Position numbers and translations under genes: made by a program. The notes below the pieces were generated by a model. It saw only the letters and a program-made list of their open reading frames with translations. It had not been told where the DNA came from and ran no database searches. A DNA stretch of 64,000 bases from Candidatus Omnitrophota bacterium (GTDB lineage: Bacteria; Omnitrophota; Gorgyraeia; Zapsychrales; Zapsychraceae): the NCBI GenBank assembly GCA_003528115.1, contig DOGZ01000017.1, positions 8,795-72,794 on the forward strand, in the 5' to 3' direction. Below are positions 18,048 to 27,315 of the stretch, one piece after another; position 1 is the first letter of the stretch; each line of letters starts with the position of its first letter.

Positions 18048-18545
18048 ATGTTAATCAAAAAGATTGAAACCGCGTTACTTGATCAAATTTCCAAGGAGGC
18101 TCATGCCTCCAATTCCTATTTAGCTATGGCCAGTTGGTGTCAGGTCAAGGGGTTCAGAGGAGCCGCGTCTTTTTTCTTGACGCAATCCGAAGAAGAACGA
18201 CAACATATGCTGAAATTGATAAACTTTGTCAATGAAAGCGGCGGTCAAGGGATTATTCCGGCCCTCCAGGAGCCTCTAGCAAAATACAAATCTCTTGTGC
18301 ATGCCTTTGAAGTGGCCTTTGAGCATGAGATCGCCACAACAAAATCCATTCATGAACTTGTTGATCTGACGTTCAGCTCCAAGGATTACGCGACGTTTAA
18401 TTTTTTACAATGGTATGTCGCTGAACAGCATGAAGAGGAAAGTTTGTTTCGTTCGGTGCTTGACCTTATTCATATTGCCGGGGATGAACAAAGGAATCTT
18501 CTTATCGTGGATAATGAAATTGCTAAGATTAGAATTAAAGCATAA
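18048..18545 (+). CDS. ftnA: Bacterial non-heme ferritin
   Basis: Ferritin-like di-iron residues are present and the N-terminus is typical. RBS GGAGAGGAG upstream. Confidence 0.8.
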   Translation: MLIKKIETALLDQISKEAHASNSYLAMASWCQVKGFRGAASFFLTQSEEERQHMLKLINFVNESGGQGIIPALQEPLAKYKSLVHAFEVAFEHEIATTKSIHELVDLTFSSKDYATFNFLQWYVAEQHEEESLFRSVLDLIHIAGDEQRNLLIVDNEIAKIRIKA

Positions 18546-18628
18546 TAGCGGATCAAAGACGGAAAATGAGAAACAAAGGAACTCTCCACACGGTGATGTG
18601 GAGAGTTTCATTTTAGGAGGCTTTTGGA

Positions 18629-19840
18629 TTGATATTAGATGATTTTCAGTTTGCCAAACGGACGGACTGGCCATTGGCATCCAATCAGCTTGGTCATGTC
18701 CTGGAGCAACTGCGTAAGGAGAATATTCCTGTCATTGATTTGACTGAGTCTAATCCGACCCAAGGCGGATTTGTTTATCCTGAACAAAAAATTTTGGAGG
18801 CGCTGGGAGATGTCAAGAATTTAACGTACACTCCCGCTTCCGAAGGACTTTTAAAGGCCAGGGAGGCCGTCAGCCGGTATTATCAAGAGAAAAGTTTGGA
18901 TGTGCCGCCGGAGCGGATTCTTTTAACTTCAAGCACATCTGAAGGATATTCTTATCTTTTCCGTTTATTGGCTAACCCGGGTGAGCGTATCCTTTTTCCT
19001 CAACCGAGTTATCCTTTATTCCAATTTCTGGTTGATTTAAATGACATAGAAATGGTTAATTATCCTCTTTATTATGCCAAGGGCCGTTGGCAAATGGATT
19101 TTGAGCGGTTGGAAGAAGGGATAGATATTAATACAAAGGCCATTGTTATCGTTAACCCGAATAATCCGACAGGATCGTTTTTACGCGCGGAGGATATCAA
19201 GGTCTTGAATGCCATTTGCCGTAAGCGCCGCCTGGCACTTATCTGCGACGAGGTTTTTGGGGACTATGTTTTGAATAACCGGGAGAATTATATCAGTCTG
19301 GCCGGCAATGAAGAGGCCTTGACTTTTGTTTTAAGCGGAATTTCCAAAACACTTGGACTTCCGCAGATGAAATTATCTTGGATCGTGATGAGCGGTCCGC
19401 GCGATTTGGTGCAAGCCGCAAGAGAACGCTTGGAGATTATTTCCGACACGTATCTTTCGGTTAATACCCCGGTGCAACACGCGTTGTCAACATGGTTGCC
19501 TTTAAGACAAGAAATTCAAAAGGATATTTTGAACCGTGTTCAACAAAATTACGCGTTTATTCAACATCTGAGTGAGGACTCCTTATATTGCCGATTGCTT
19601 CACATCGATGGAGGCTGGTATGGGATTTTAAGAATACCCGATTGGCATAGCGAAGAGGCATGGGTCCTTTTGTTTTTGCGAGAGGAGCACATTTTAGTCC
19701 ATCCAGGATATTTCTTCGATTTTGAGGAGGAAACCTATATTGTCCTCAGTTTGCTTTGCCCCGTTGATGATTTTCAGAAAGGGATAAGGCGTCTTTTTAA
19801 GAGGGTAGAACGCGAGAATCTCAAAAACCTTAAGGCTTGA
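18629..19840 (+). CDS. PLP-dependent aminotransferase class I/II
   Basis: NPNNPTG motif, plus the SGISKT PLP-lysine region. Confidence 0.75.
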   Translation: MILDDFQFAKRTDWPLASNQLGHVLEQLRKENIPVIDLTESNPTQGGFVYPEQKILEALGDVKNLTYTPASEGLLKAREAVSRYYQEKSLDVPPERILLTSSTSEGYSYLFRLLANPGERILFPQPSYPLFQFLVDLNDIEMVNYPLYYAKGRWQMDFERLEEGIDINTKAIVIVNPNNPTGSFLRAEDIKVLNAICRKRRLALICDEVFGDYVLNNRENYISLAGNEEALTFVLSGISKTLGLPQMKLSWIVMSGPRDLVQAARERLEIISDTYLSVNTPVQHALSTWLPLRQEIQKDILNRVQQNYAFIQHLSEDSLYCRLLHIDGGWYGILRIPDWHSEEAWVLLFLREEHILVHPGYFFDFEEETYIVLSLLCPVDDFQKGIRRLFKRVERENLKNLKA

Positions 19841-19909
19841 AAACCCAAGGTGATTTGCTAATATGGTGACAATAAAAAAAGAATCAACTTTATGTCAAAG
19901 GAGTTGTCC

Positions 19910-20383
19910 ATGAAGAAACGACCTGATTGGGACGAATATTTTTTGAAATTGGCCATGCTGGCTTCGGAACGGGCCACCTGTCCACGTATGCACTGCGGGT
20001 GTGTCCTGGTTAAAAATAAAGATGTGATTGCCACAGGATATAACGGGTCTATTCCCGGCGATCTTCATTGTGAGGATGTCGGCTGCCTTGTTATGGATAA
20101 TCACTGTGTGCGGACGGTTCATGCCGAGATGAACGCCGTTGTTCAGGCGGCCAAGCGGGGTCACGCGGTTGAAGGCGCGACAGCCTATGTCACCAATATG
20201 CCATGCACGACGTGTGCCAAAGCTCTGATCACCGCCGGCATCAAACGGGTCGTTGTTTTCTCTGATTACCATGACACGCTGGCCGTGGAGTTTTTTACCA
20301 AGGCCGGTGTCAAGATCGATAAGCATTCGATGCCGTCACAAGATATCGCGTATAATCTTAAAGATTACTCTTCAGCGAGATAA
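19910..20383 (+). CDS. comEB: dCMP deaminase (ComEB-like)
   Basis: Zinc deaminase motifs HAEMNAV and PCTTC are present. The second ATG was chosen because of an AAGGAG RBS. Confidence 0.75.
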   Translation: MKKRPDWDEYFLKLAMLASERATCPRMHCGCVLVKNKDVIATGYNGSIPGDLHCEDVGCLVMDNHCVRTVHAEMNAVVQAAKRGHAVEGATAYVTNMPCTTCAKALITAGIKRVVVFSDYHDTLAVEFFTKAGVKIDKHSMPSQDIAYNLKDYSSAR

Positions 20384-20468
20384 TCAACAGGGGTACCTGA
20401 CTTCCGCAAGTGTAATGGGACACTGTGGTCGTCAACCCCAACGCTCCTCTAATAATTCTTTTTGGTAA

Positions 20469-20873
20469 ATGCTCCGAATGATGCAGAATCTCAAGATATT
20501 GATGGCTGATGATGAGCCGGACGTTCTAGCAGTTATGGCCAAGAAAGTGGCGTCCGAAGGATATACGGTCATAACGGCCAGCGATGGGCAGGAGGCGTGG
20601 GAAAAAATTCAAAAGGAAATTCCAGACATCATTTTGCTGGACCTGACGATGCCAAAGAAAGACGGGTTTCAGGTTTTGAAAGAGTTGAGAGAAAATCCTC
20701 CCTCCAAGAAGTGGCAGCCGGTGATTATTATTTCAGCCAAGCGGGAATTGGAAGATATCCAAAAAGGTTTAGGCATGGAAGCGGATCACTATATCACCAA
20801 ACCGTGTTCGATAGGCGATGTTTTAAAGGCGATTAAACTGATGGCCAGTCTTATTCCACACCGGGAAATGTAA
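20469..20873 (+). CDS. Single-domain response regulator (CheY-like receiver)
   Basis: ADDEPD...ILLDLTMP...K receiver motifs. The start may be 9-12 nt downstream. Confidence 0.7.
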   Translation: MLRMMQNLKILMADDEPDVLAVMAKKVASEGYTVITASDGQEAWEKIQKEIPDIILLDLTMPKKDGFQVLKELRENPPSKKWQPVIIISAKRELEDIQKGLGMEADHYITKPCSIGDVLKAIKLMASLIPHREM

Positions 20874-20903
20874 ATTGTTTACCAGCGGTTGGGGACCGCG
20901 TTG

Positions 20904-21710
20904 ATGAAAACTATTATTTATATTATTATCCTGGTCATCTTGTTGTTGATCTACGTCTATCATCTTGAAAATAAAACCGTCTTTGCCCCAGCCAGGGATA
21001 TAGCCTCAACGCCGGCCGCGTTAGGATTTCCTTTTGAGGATCTTTATTTGACAACTGAAGACGGAGTCAAGTTGAACGCCTGGTTTATTCAATCGTCACC
21101 TCAGGACGGCACTCTTATTTTTTTACATGGGAATGCCGGCAACATCGGCGATCGGTTGGGGAAGATTGATTTTTTTCATAAGATGGGGTTGAACATTTTA
21201 ATTTTCGATTACCGGGGTTACGGGAAAAGCGGGGGTTATCCTTCTGAGAAGGGAATCTACAGCGATGCCCGGGCCGCGTATGATTATTTGCTGACGCGTC
21301 AAGACGTCGATCCCAGCCGGCTCGGGGCTTACGGGGGCTCTTTGGGCGGGGTCGTGGCGGTGAATTTAGCAACTCAGCGTCGGCTGGCGTGCTTGATCAT
21401 AGATTCTTCGTTTAGCTCCGGCCAGGACATGGCCAAACACATTTTTCCGGTTATCCCGGGTTTCTTGGTAAGAAAGAAGCTGGATGCCATCGGGAAGATT
21501 AAACAGGTGGGAATTCCTAAATTGTTTATTCACAGCATTGAGGATGAAATCGTTCCTTTGGCTTTGGGCAAAAAATTGTATGCGGCAGCGATTGAACCAA
21601 AACGGTTTCTGGAAATAGTCGGCGACCATAATGACGGGTATCTTCGCGATGGGGAAAGGATCCGCGACGGCATCAGTCAATTCTTGAAGGAATTAAAATT
21701 AATTAATTGA
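20904..21710 (+). CDS. Membrane-anchored alpha/beta hydrolase
   Basis: N-terminal TM helix, the HGNAGN motif, and a GGSLGG nucleophile elbow. Confidence 0.65.
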   Translation: MKTIIYIIILVILLLIYVYHLENKTVFAPARDIASTPAALGFPFEDLYLTTEDGVKLNAWFIQSSPQDGTLIFLHGNAGNIGDRLGKIDFFHKMGLNILIFDYRGYGKSGGYPSEKGIYSDARAAYDYLLTRQDVDPSRLGAYGGSLGGVVAVNLATQRRLACLIIDSSFSSGQDMAKHIFPVIPGFLVRKKLDAIGKIKQVGIPKLFIHSIEDEIVPLALGKKLYAAAIEPKRFLEIVGDHNDGYLRDGERIRDGISQFLKELKLIN

Positions 21711-21717
21711 GCGGTGT

Positions 21718-22929
21718 ATGAATGTTTTTTTAAGAACTCATAAAACGAATATCATCCATGCCGACGGGAACCCTGTTTTCCTCAGAGGGGTGAATTTAGG
21801 GGGATGGCTGATGATGGAGGCCTATTTTCTTCATGCCCTGAATCGCCCTGTTCAGCATCTGAAAAAAAGTTTTGTGCAGTGTTTAGGGCAAGAGGCCTGG
21901 CAGGATTTTGAGGAGAATTTTCGCGGGAATTTTATACGGGAAACGGATATCCAGAATATCGCCGGCTTGGGATTCAATTGTATCCGTCTGCCGTTTCATT
22001 ACCGGTTGATTGAAAAAAAGCCTTTTCAATATGACACGACCGGCCTGCGGATATTGGATAAGGTTATCCGCTGGGTGGAGAAATATAAAGTTTGGGTTGT
22101 TCTTGATCTCCATGGCGCGCCGGGGTCCCAGAATCACGACTGGCACTCGGACAGTGATGGCCGCGCAGATCTTTGGACAAAGAAGAAAAATCAAGAAAGG
22201 ACCATAGAACTCTGGGCGTTTCTCGCAGACCGGTATAAAAACAAGAAGTGTATCGCGGGATACGATCTTCTTAACGAGGCGGTGCTCGGGGACGCGGCGC
22301 AATTAAATAATTTTTACAAAGAGCTCATCAGGCAAATCCGACAAGTAGACAAACAGCATATCCTGTTTGTCGAGGGGAATCAATGGGCCACGAATCTTGA
22401 GTGTCTGGATCCAATTGACGATGACAACCATGTTTTGAGCATCCATTATTATGAACCCGTCGAATTTACGTTTAATGCCGTACCGCATCTGAGATATCCC
22501 TTGAAGGCGTATGGCCGAAACTGGGACATGAAAAGCATGAAGGCGCATTTATCCAAATATCAGAAAATTTCCCGAGATCGCTCAGTGCCGATTTTTGTCG
22601 GCGAGTTCGGTGTCAATGCCCGGTGGGAAAACTCCGGCGAGGAGCGGTGGCTGGAGGATGCTTTAAGCTGTTTTGAGGCCTTCGGTTTTCACTGGACGTA
22701 CTGGACGTACAAAGCTGTTAAAAATAGTGTCTTTCCTGACGGTCTTTTCAGTTATGTGGAAAATCCGCCGTGGGTCAATCGGCTGGGATCGGTAATCGGT
22801 TGGGATACCTACAAATTTCATTGGACCACGCGGAAGAAGGAGATGATCCAATCCTGGCGCACGGAAAATTTCTTAGAGCACGCGTATCTTTTGAAGGTCT
22901 TGCAAAAATATGCCCGAGTCCATCATTAG
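21718..22929 (+). CDS. Glycoside hydrolase family 5 (cellulase-like)
   Basis: GH5 motifs are present (GFNCIRLP; LLNEA catalytic acid; VGEFG nucleophile region). No signal peptide is apparent. Confidence 0.7.
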   Translation: MNVFLRTHKTNIIHADGNPVFLRGVNLGGWLMMEAYFLHALNRPVQHLKKSFVQCLGQEAWQDFEENFRGNFIRETDIQNIAGLGFNCIRLPFHYRLIEKKPFQYDTTGLRILDKVIRWVEKYKVWVVLDLHGAPGSQNHDWHSDSDGRADLWTKKKNQERTIELWAFLADRYKNKKCIAGYDLLNEAVLGDAAQLNNFYKELIRQIRQVDKQHILFVEGNQWATNLECLDPIDDDNHVLSIHYYEPVEFTFNAVPHLRYPLKAYGRNWDMKSMKAHLSKYQKISRDRSVPIFVGEFGVNARWENSGEERWLEDALSCFEAFGFHWTYWTYKAVKNSVFPDGLFSYVENPPWVNRLGSVIGWDTYKFHWTTRKKEMIQSWRTENFLEHAYLLKVLQKYARVHH

Positions 22930-23728
22930 CTTAACGAATCTTCGCATTAAACATCTTGTGAAGCTGCGAACCCACGGGCCCAAAGAAAGGCAAGGGCTGA
23001 CGATTGTTGAGGGGGGCCGTGAGATTTTGCGCGCCTTTGAAGCCAAAGTCCCCTTTAAAGAACTTTATGTCTGCCGGGAGCAAGGGGAATCTTCCATCGG
23101 TCTCGAGGAGATGGGGGGCAAAGAAAGTTTTATCAAAAAGATCGCGGCGCTTAAGGTGCCTGTCTTTGAGGTGTCCAAGTCTGTGTTTGCAAAGATTTCT
23201 TACGGTGAACGGAGGGAGGGTTTATTGGCTCTTTGCGCCCCACGCCCGCTTTCTTTAGAGCAGCTTCACCGTAAAGAGAATCCGCTCTATGTGATTGTTG
23301 AGACCGTTGAGAAACCGGGTAATTTAGGGGCCATTCTGCGGACGGCTGACGGCGTCGGTGTCGATGGGGTGATTGTCTGCGATGCCCAAACAGATATTTA
23401 TAATCCTAATGTGATCCGGGCCAGTTTGGGGACGGTTTTCTGCGTGGAAGTGGCGGTGACTTCGACGCGTGAATCGGTGAGATTTTTAAAAGAACGGGAT
23501 ATCAGGATTTGCGCGGCCGTGCCTTGCGCTAAAAATGTTTATTCCCAAGTTAATATGAAGGGGCCCCTGGCGATCGTTTTGGGCAGTGAACAAAAGGGCT
23601 TAAGTGATTTATGGGCGTCCCAAGCAGACATTCAAGTGAGGATCCCGATGAAAGGAAAAGCGGATTCGTTGAATGTTTCAACAGCCGCGGCTATTTTGCT
23701 TTACGAGGCTCTTCGGCAGAGAAGCTGA
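22910..23728 (+). CDS. TrmH/SpoU family RNA 2'-O-methyltransferase
   Basis: SPOUT motifs GNLGAILRTA, LGSEQKGL, LNVSTAAAILLYE. Confidence 0.7.
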   Translation: MPESIISLTNLRIKHLVKLRTHGPKERQGLTIVEGGREILRAFEAKVPFKELYVCREQGESSIGLEEMGGKESFIKKIAALKVPVFEVSKSVFAKISYGERREGLLALCAPRPLSLEQLHRKENPLYVIVETVEKPGNLGAILRTADGVGVDGVIVCDAQTDIYNPNVIRASLGTVFCVEVAVTSTRESVRFLKERDIRICAAVPCAKNVYSQVNMKGPLAIVLGSEQKGLSDLWASQADIQVRIPMKGKADSLNVSTAAAILLYEALRQRS

Positions 23729-23768
23729 TGAAATTCCTTGGGCCCATATTGGAGAGAGGGTAGGAACT

Positions 23769-25718
23769 ATGATTACGATGAATAATTTGACCATGGGATT
23801 CACGCAACGGACCTTGTTTAAGGATGTCACGTTCAGTATATTCCCGAATGAAAAGATAGGATTAACCGGGCCTAACGGCGCGGGAAAGACCACGCTTTTT
23901 TCCATTATCTTGGGCGACATGGAGCCTTTGGCAGGAAGTGTTGTCGTCCAGAAGAATTTGAATATCGGGTATCTTCCCCAAGAGGCCAAGTTCAGTTCGG
24001 AAAAGACTGTGATGGAGGAGCTGACGGAGGGAGACATGCGGATTCGAAAGTTAATGGAAGAAAAACGAAAACTCGAGGACGCACAGAAAGCGGACACCAA
24101 CCGATACGGCGATATTTTGCATGAGTTGGAGGTCATGGGGATTTATGACATCGAATACAAGGCGGAGAAGATTTTGATGGGCCTTGGTTTTAATAAGACG
24201 GATTTTCACAAACCGATCGTCCAGTTGAGCGGCGGCTGGCAGATGCGAACGCTTTTGGCTAAACTGCTGACGTATCCCTTTGACCTTTTATTGCTGGACG
24301 AACCGACAAACTATTTGGATTTGGCCGCCACCTTGTGGCTTAAGGAATTTCTGGCCGGCTACGAAGGCTCATTTGTGCTTATCTCCCATGACAGGGTCTT
24401 TCTCAACGATGTCACCAATTATACGATCATCCTGGACGGGGCTCAGATGACCAAGGTCAAAGGAAATTATGAGACCCACGAAATGCAGAAAGATATTCAA
24501 TTCAAATCTCTGGAGAGAAGGCAGAAGGTTGTTGAAAAAAAGAGGGAGCAGCTGGAGCGCTTCACTCAGCGATTTCATGCCCAGCCGAACAGAGCCGCGG
24601 CTGTGCGTAATAAACGAAAGATGATCGAAAAGCTGGAAAATATTGAACTCCCGCAATCTCATAAAAGTATTGGGCAATTTGAATTTTCTGATATTCAGTC
24701 CAGCGGGTACGTCGTGGCACAGCTCAAGAAGGTAAGCAAGGCCTATGGAGAGAAACAGGTTTATAAGGATTTGGATTTTGAGATTATCCGCGGGCAAAAA
24801 ATCTGTCTGGTCGGGCCTAACGGCGCCGGGAAGTCCACGCTGTTAAAAATGCTGGCGGGCGCCATTGAGGCGGATTCAGGGGAGGTGAAATACGGCCATC
24901 AGGTCCAGGTAGGGTATTTTTCCCAGACACGGCTGGATGTTTTAAACCCTTTGCGGACCGTTTTTGATGAAGTGATTTCCGCCGCGCCCCCAGGGACTCC
25001 GGCTCTAAAGGTGCGGTCACTTATGGGGTTATTTAGTTTTCACGGGGATGATGTCTTTAAACACATCAAGGTATTATCCGGCGGGGAAAAAAGCCGGGTG
25101 ATCCTGGCCAAACTTTTAATCAATCCTCCCAATTTTATGCTGTTGGACGAGCCGACAACCCATTTGGATATGGATGGGGTCAAGGCGTTAACGAACGCCT
25201 TTCAGGAGTTCGACGGAACAATTTGTTTTATCAGCCACGACCTGTATTTTATCAGAGAGATTGCGGATTGCATCGTCGATGTCCAGGGCGGAAGGGTCAA
25301 GGTGTATCCCGGCGGACTTCAATATTATCTTGATAAGAAAAATGAGGTGGAGGCCATGCTGAAAGAAGAAAAAAAACAAATGGACGCGCAGGCCAAACAG
25401 CAAAAGAAACAGATCCACTCTCATGGAAAGAATCCGTCGGAGTCTTCCGCTCTAGACGAGCTGGGAGCCCGTCACAAAGCGGCCGTTCAAAGGATCGCGC
25501 AGATTAGAAATGAAATTAAGGCCTTGGAGCAGGAGCACAAGGGACTTGAGACCGAAAGCTATGTTAAGGCGCGGCGTCTTTCGGAATCGTATTCAAACAG
25601 AGACGCCGAGATTATAAAGGAATACGGGCAGAGACTTAAGTTTATTCAGAAGCGGTTGCGGGACATCGAGACGATCATCCGGGAATTGAAGGAAGAGAGG
25701 GACAGGATAAGCAAATGA
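23769..25718 (+). CDS. ABC-F family ATPase (tandem ABC domains, C-terminal coiled coil; Uup/EttA-like)
   Basis: Two Walker A motifs (GPNGAGKTT; GPNGAGKST), two LSGG signatures, no TM helices, and a coiled-coil tail. Confidence 0.8.
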   Translation: MITMNNLTMGFTQRTLFKDVTFSIFPNEKIGLTGPNGAGKTTLFSIILGDMEPLAGSVVVQKNLNIGYLPQEAKFSSEKTVMEELTEGDMRIRKLMEEKRKLEDAQKADTNRYGDILHELEVMGIYDIEYKAEKILMGLGFNKTDFHKPIVQLSGGWQMRTLLAKLLTYPFDLLLLDEPTNYLDLAATLWLKEFLAGYEGSFVLISHDRVFLNDVTNYTIILDGAQMTKVKGNYETHEMQKDIQFKSLERRQKVVEKKREQLERFTQRFHAQPNRAAAVRNKRKMIEKLENIELPQSHKSIGQFEFSDIQSSGYVVAQLKKVSKAYGEKQVYKDLDFEIIRGQKICLVGPNGAGKSTLLKMLAGAIEADSGEVKYGHQVQVGYFSQTRLDVLNPLRTVFDEVISAAPPGTPALKVRSLMGLFSFHGDDVFKHIKVLSGGEKSRVILAKLLINPPNFMLLDEPTTHLDMDGVKALTNAFQEFDGTICFISHDLYFIREIADCIVDVQGGRVKVYPGGLQYYLDKKNEVEAMLKEEKKQMDAQAKQQKKQIHSHGKNPSESSALDELGARHKAAVQRIAQIRNEIKALEQEHKGLETESYVKARRLSESYSNRDAEIIKEYGQRLKFIQKRLRDIETIIRELKEERDRISK

Positions 25719-25972
25719 GGCTCAAGATTGATTTGCATGACCATTATTCCGACGGTCGAAAACTGGAGGCGGCTCTTGTCACGATGATGACAGAGGCTCA
25801 GGAAAAAAAAGCGGATGTCCTTGAGATTATCCCGGGTAAGGGGAGCGGTCAGTTGAAGAAATATGTATTACGATTTCTTGAGAAGCAGTACAAAGGGGTG
25901 TATCACAGAATTGAAAAAGACGATAAGAATTGGGGACGCGTTTTTGTCCATTTCCGATGGGGGAAAATATGA
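25715..25972 (+). CDS. Smr-domain protein
   Basis: IDLHD..EAAL...LEIIPGKGSGQL matches the Smr consensus. The start overlaps the ABC-F stop (ATGA). Confidence 0.6.
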   Translation: MRLKIDLHDHYSDGRKLEAALVTMMTEAQEKKADVLEIIPGKGSGQLKKYVLRFLEKQYKGVYHRIEKDDKNWGRVFVHFRWGKI

Positions 25973-26361
25973 AGGAAAATATCATTATGGTCATGGCCGG
26001 ATTAGTCCTGTTCAGCGGTTGCGCGAAGTTGGCTCATCTGGATCAGCTTTTAACTTTAAAGGAGCTTTCTGAAGAAGGGGATGCTCTCCAGAAACACGTT
26101 GAGGAGCACGACAAGAAATTTGACCTTATGTTAGCCGAGGTGAAAGCCGATACCCTTAAGACGTATCCCGATGAGAAAAGTTTTTTGGCCGCTTTTGGAG
26201 AACCTGTTTATAAAAAGACAGAACGGAAGGACGGCCAGGATGGGGAGGTATGGCTTTACCGTCAGGCCAAGCATACGCCCGATGCGGAGAAGGTCTATGT
26301 GTATTTTAATGCGTCGGGAAATTTGCGGGAATGGCGCCACGTTCCGTCAAATTCAAGATGA
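25969..26361 (+). CDS. Small lipoprotein
   Basis: Signal peptide with an LFSGC lipobox. The start overlaps the Smr stop (ATGA). Confidence 0.4.
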   Translation: MKENIIMVMAGLVLFSGCAKLAHLDQLLTLKELSEEGDALQKHVEEHDKKFDLMLAEVKADTLKTYPDEKSFLAAFGEPVYKKTERKDGQDGEVWLYRQAKHTPDAEKVYVYFNASGNLREWRHVPSNSR

Positions 26362-26373
26362 TGTCCCATTCTC

Positions 26374-27198
26374 ATGGAATTGATTCTGAAAAATATCTAT
26401 GACCGGCTTTTTAAAGTCTTCGGGCCTCAGCATTGGTGGCCTGCCGAGACGCCGTTTGAGGTCATCGTCGGCGCAGTCCTGACCCAAAATACCAATTGGG
26501 GAAATGTTGAGAAGGCCCTCAGCAATTTAAAAGAAAGACAATGCTTATCTTTCCGGGCCATTCACGCCCTAGCGCATGCCCCGTTAGCCTCTTTGATAAA
26601 ACCCGCCGGCTATTTTAACGTTAAGGCCAAACGGCTTAAGAATTTAATAAATTTTATTTTCGAAAATTATGACGGAAGCCTTCAGAAAATGGCGCGTGAT
26701 CCCTGGGATTCGTTGCGTCAAAAACTCCTGGGGGTTAATGGGATTGGACCTGAGACCGCGGATTCCATATTGCTCTATGCCTTTGATAAGCCCGTTTTTG
26801 TGGTCGACGCCTATACGAAAAGGGTTTTGTACCGGCATAACATCGTTGCCCAAGAGACGGACTATCACGCGATCCAGGATGTTTTTATGCGTCACCTGGA
26901 CCACGATAGCAAGATGTTTAATGAATATCATGCCCTCCTTGTCCGTCTCGGCAAGGATTATTGCAAACCGTCACCGCTTTGTGAACAATGTCCCTTGAAT
27001 GATTTGAACTATTCCCTGGTGAATAAATGCTGCCATTGTCACAAGGCGCTTTTTCGAAAGACAGAGCGTATTGCCTTCAAAAGATCGACGGATTTCTTAA
27101 AAGGGGACGTTAAAAGGGGCTCCCTCCAACGGAACCGCCCAAGGTATCTGTGTTCAGGCTGCTTGTCGGGAGTCCGGGAAAGAATTCACGGAGATTAA
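26374..27198 (+). CDS. HhH-GPD superfamily DNA glycosylase (endonuclease III-related) with Cys-rich C-terminal extension
   Basis: The HhH-GPD region is present (LLGVNGIGPETADSILLYAF...VVDAY). About 70 extra residues with 9 Cys follow. Confidence 0.65.
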   Translation: MELILKNIYDRLFKVFGPQHWWPAETPFEVIVGAVLTQNTNWGNVEKALSNLKERQCLSFRAIHALAHAPLASLIKPAGYFNVKAKRLKNLINFIFENYDGSLQKMARDPWDSLRQKLLGVNGIGPETADSILLYAFDKPVFVVDAYTKRVLYRHNIVAQETDYHAIQDVFMRHLDHDSKMFNEYHALLVRLGKDYCKPSPLCEQCPLNDLNYSLVNKCCHCHKALFRKTERIAFKRSTDFLKGDVKRGSLQRNRPRYLCSGCLSGVRERIHGD

Positions 27199-27315
27199 AA
27201 ATTTGCTTAACCGCGTTTTGTTGTATATGATGAGGATGGTTTACGCGCAGGGACGTCAGGTGAAGTGAATGAGGTAAAACAATTTATTTTTTAGAGGGAT
27301 AAAGGGGTTCAGATC

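Noticed and set aside
19895-20326. 143-aa antisense ORF covering the dCMP deaminase gene
   Set aside because: The deaminase zinc motifs on the plus strand are unambiguous. The antisense product has no features.
23678-24136. 152-aa antisense ORF over the 5' part of the ABC-F gene, and a similar one at 24369-24797
   Set aside because: The Walker A and signature motifs confirm the plus-strand gene. These are shadow ORFs.
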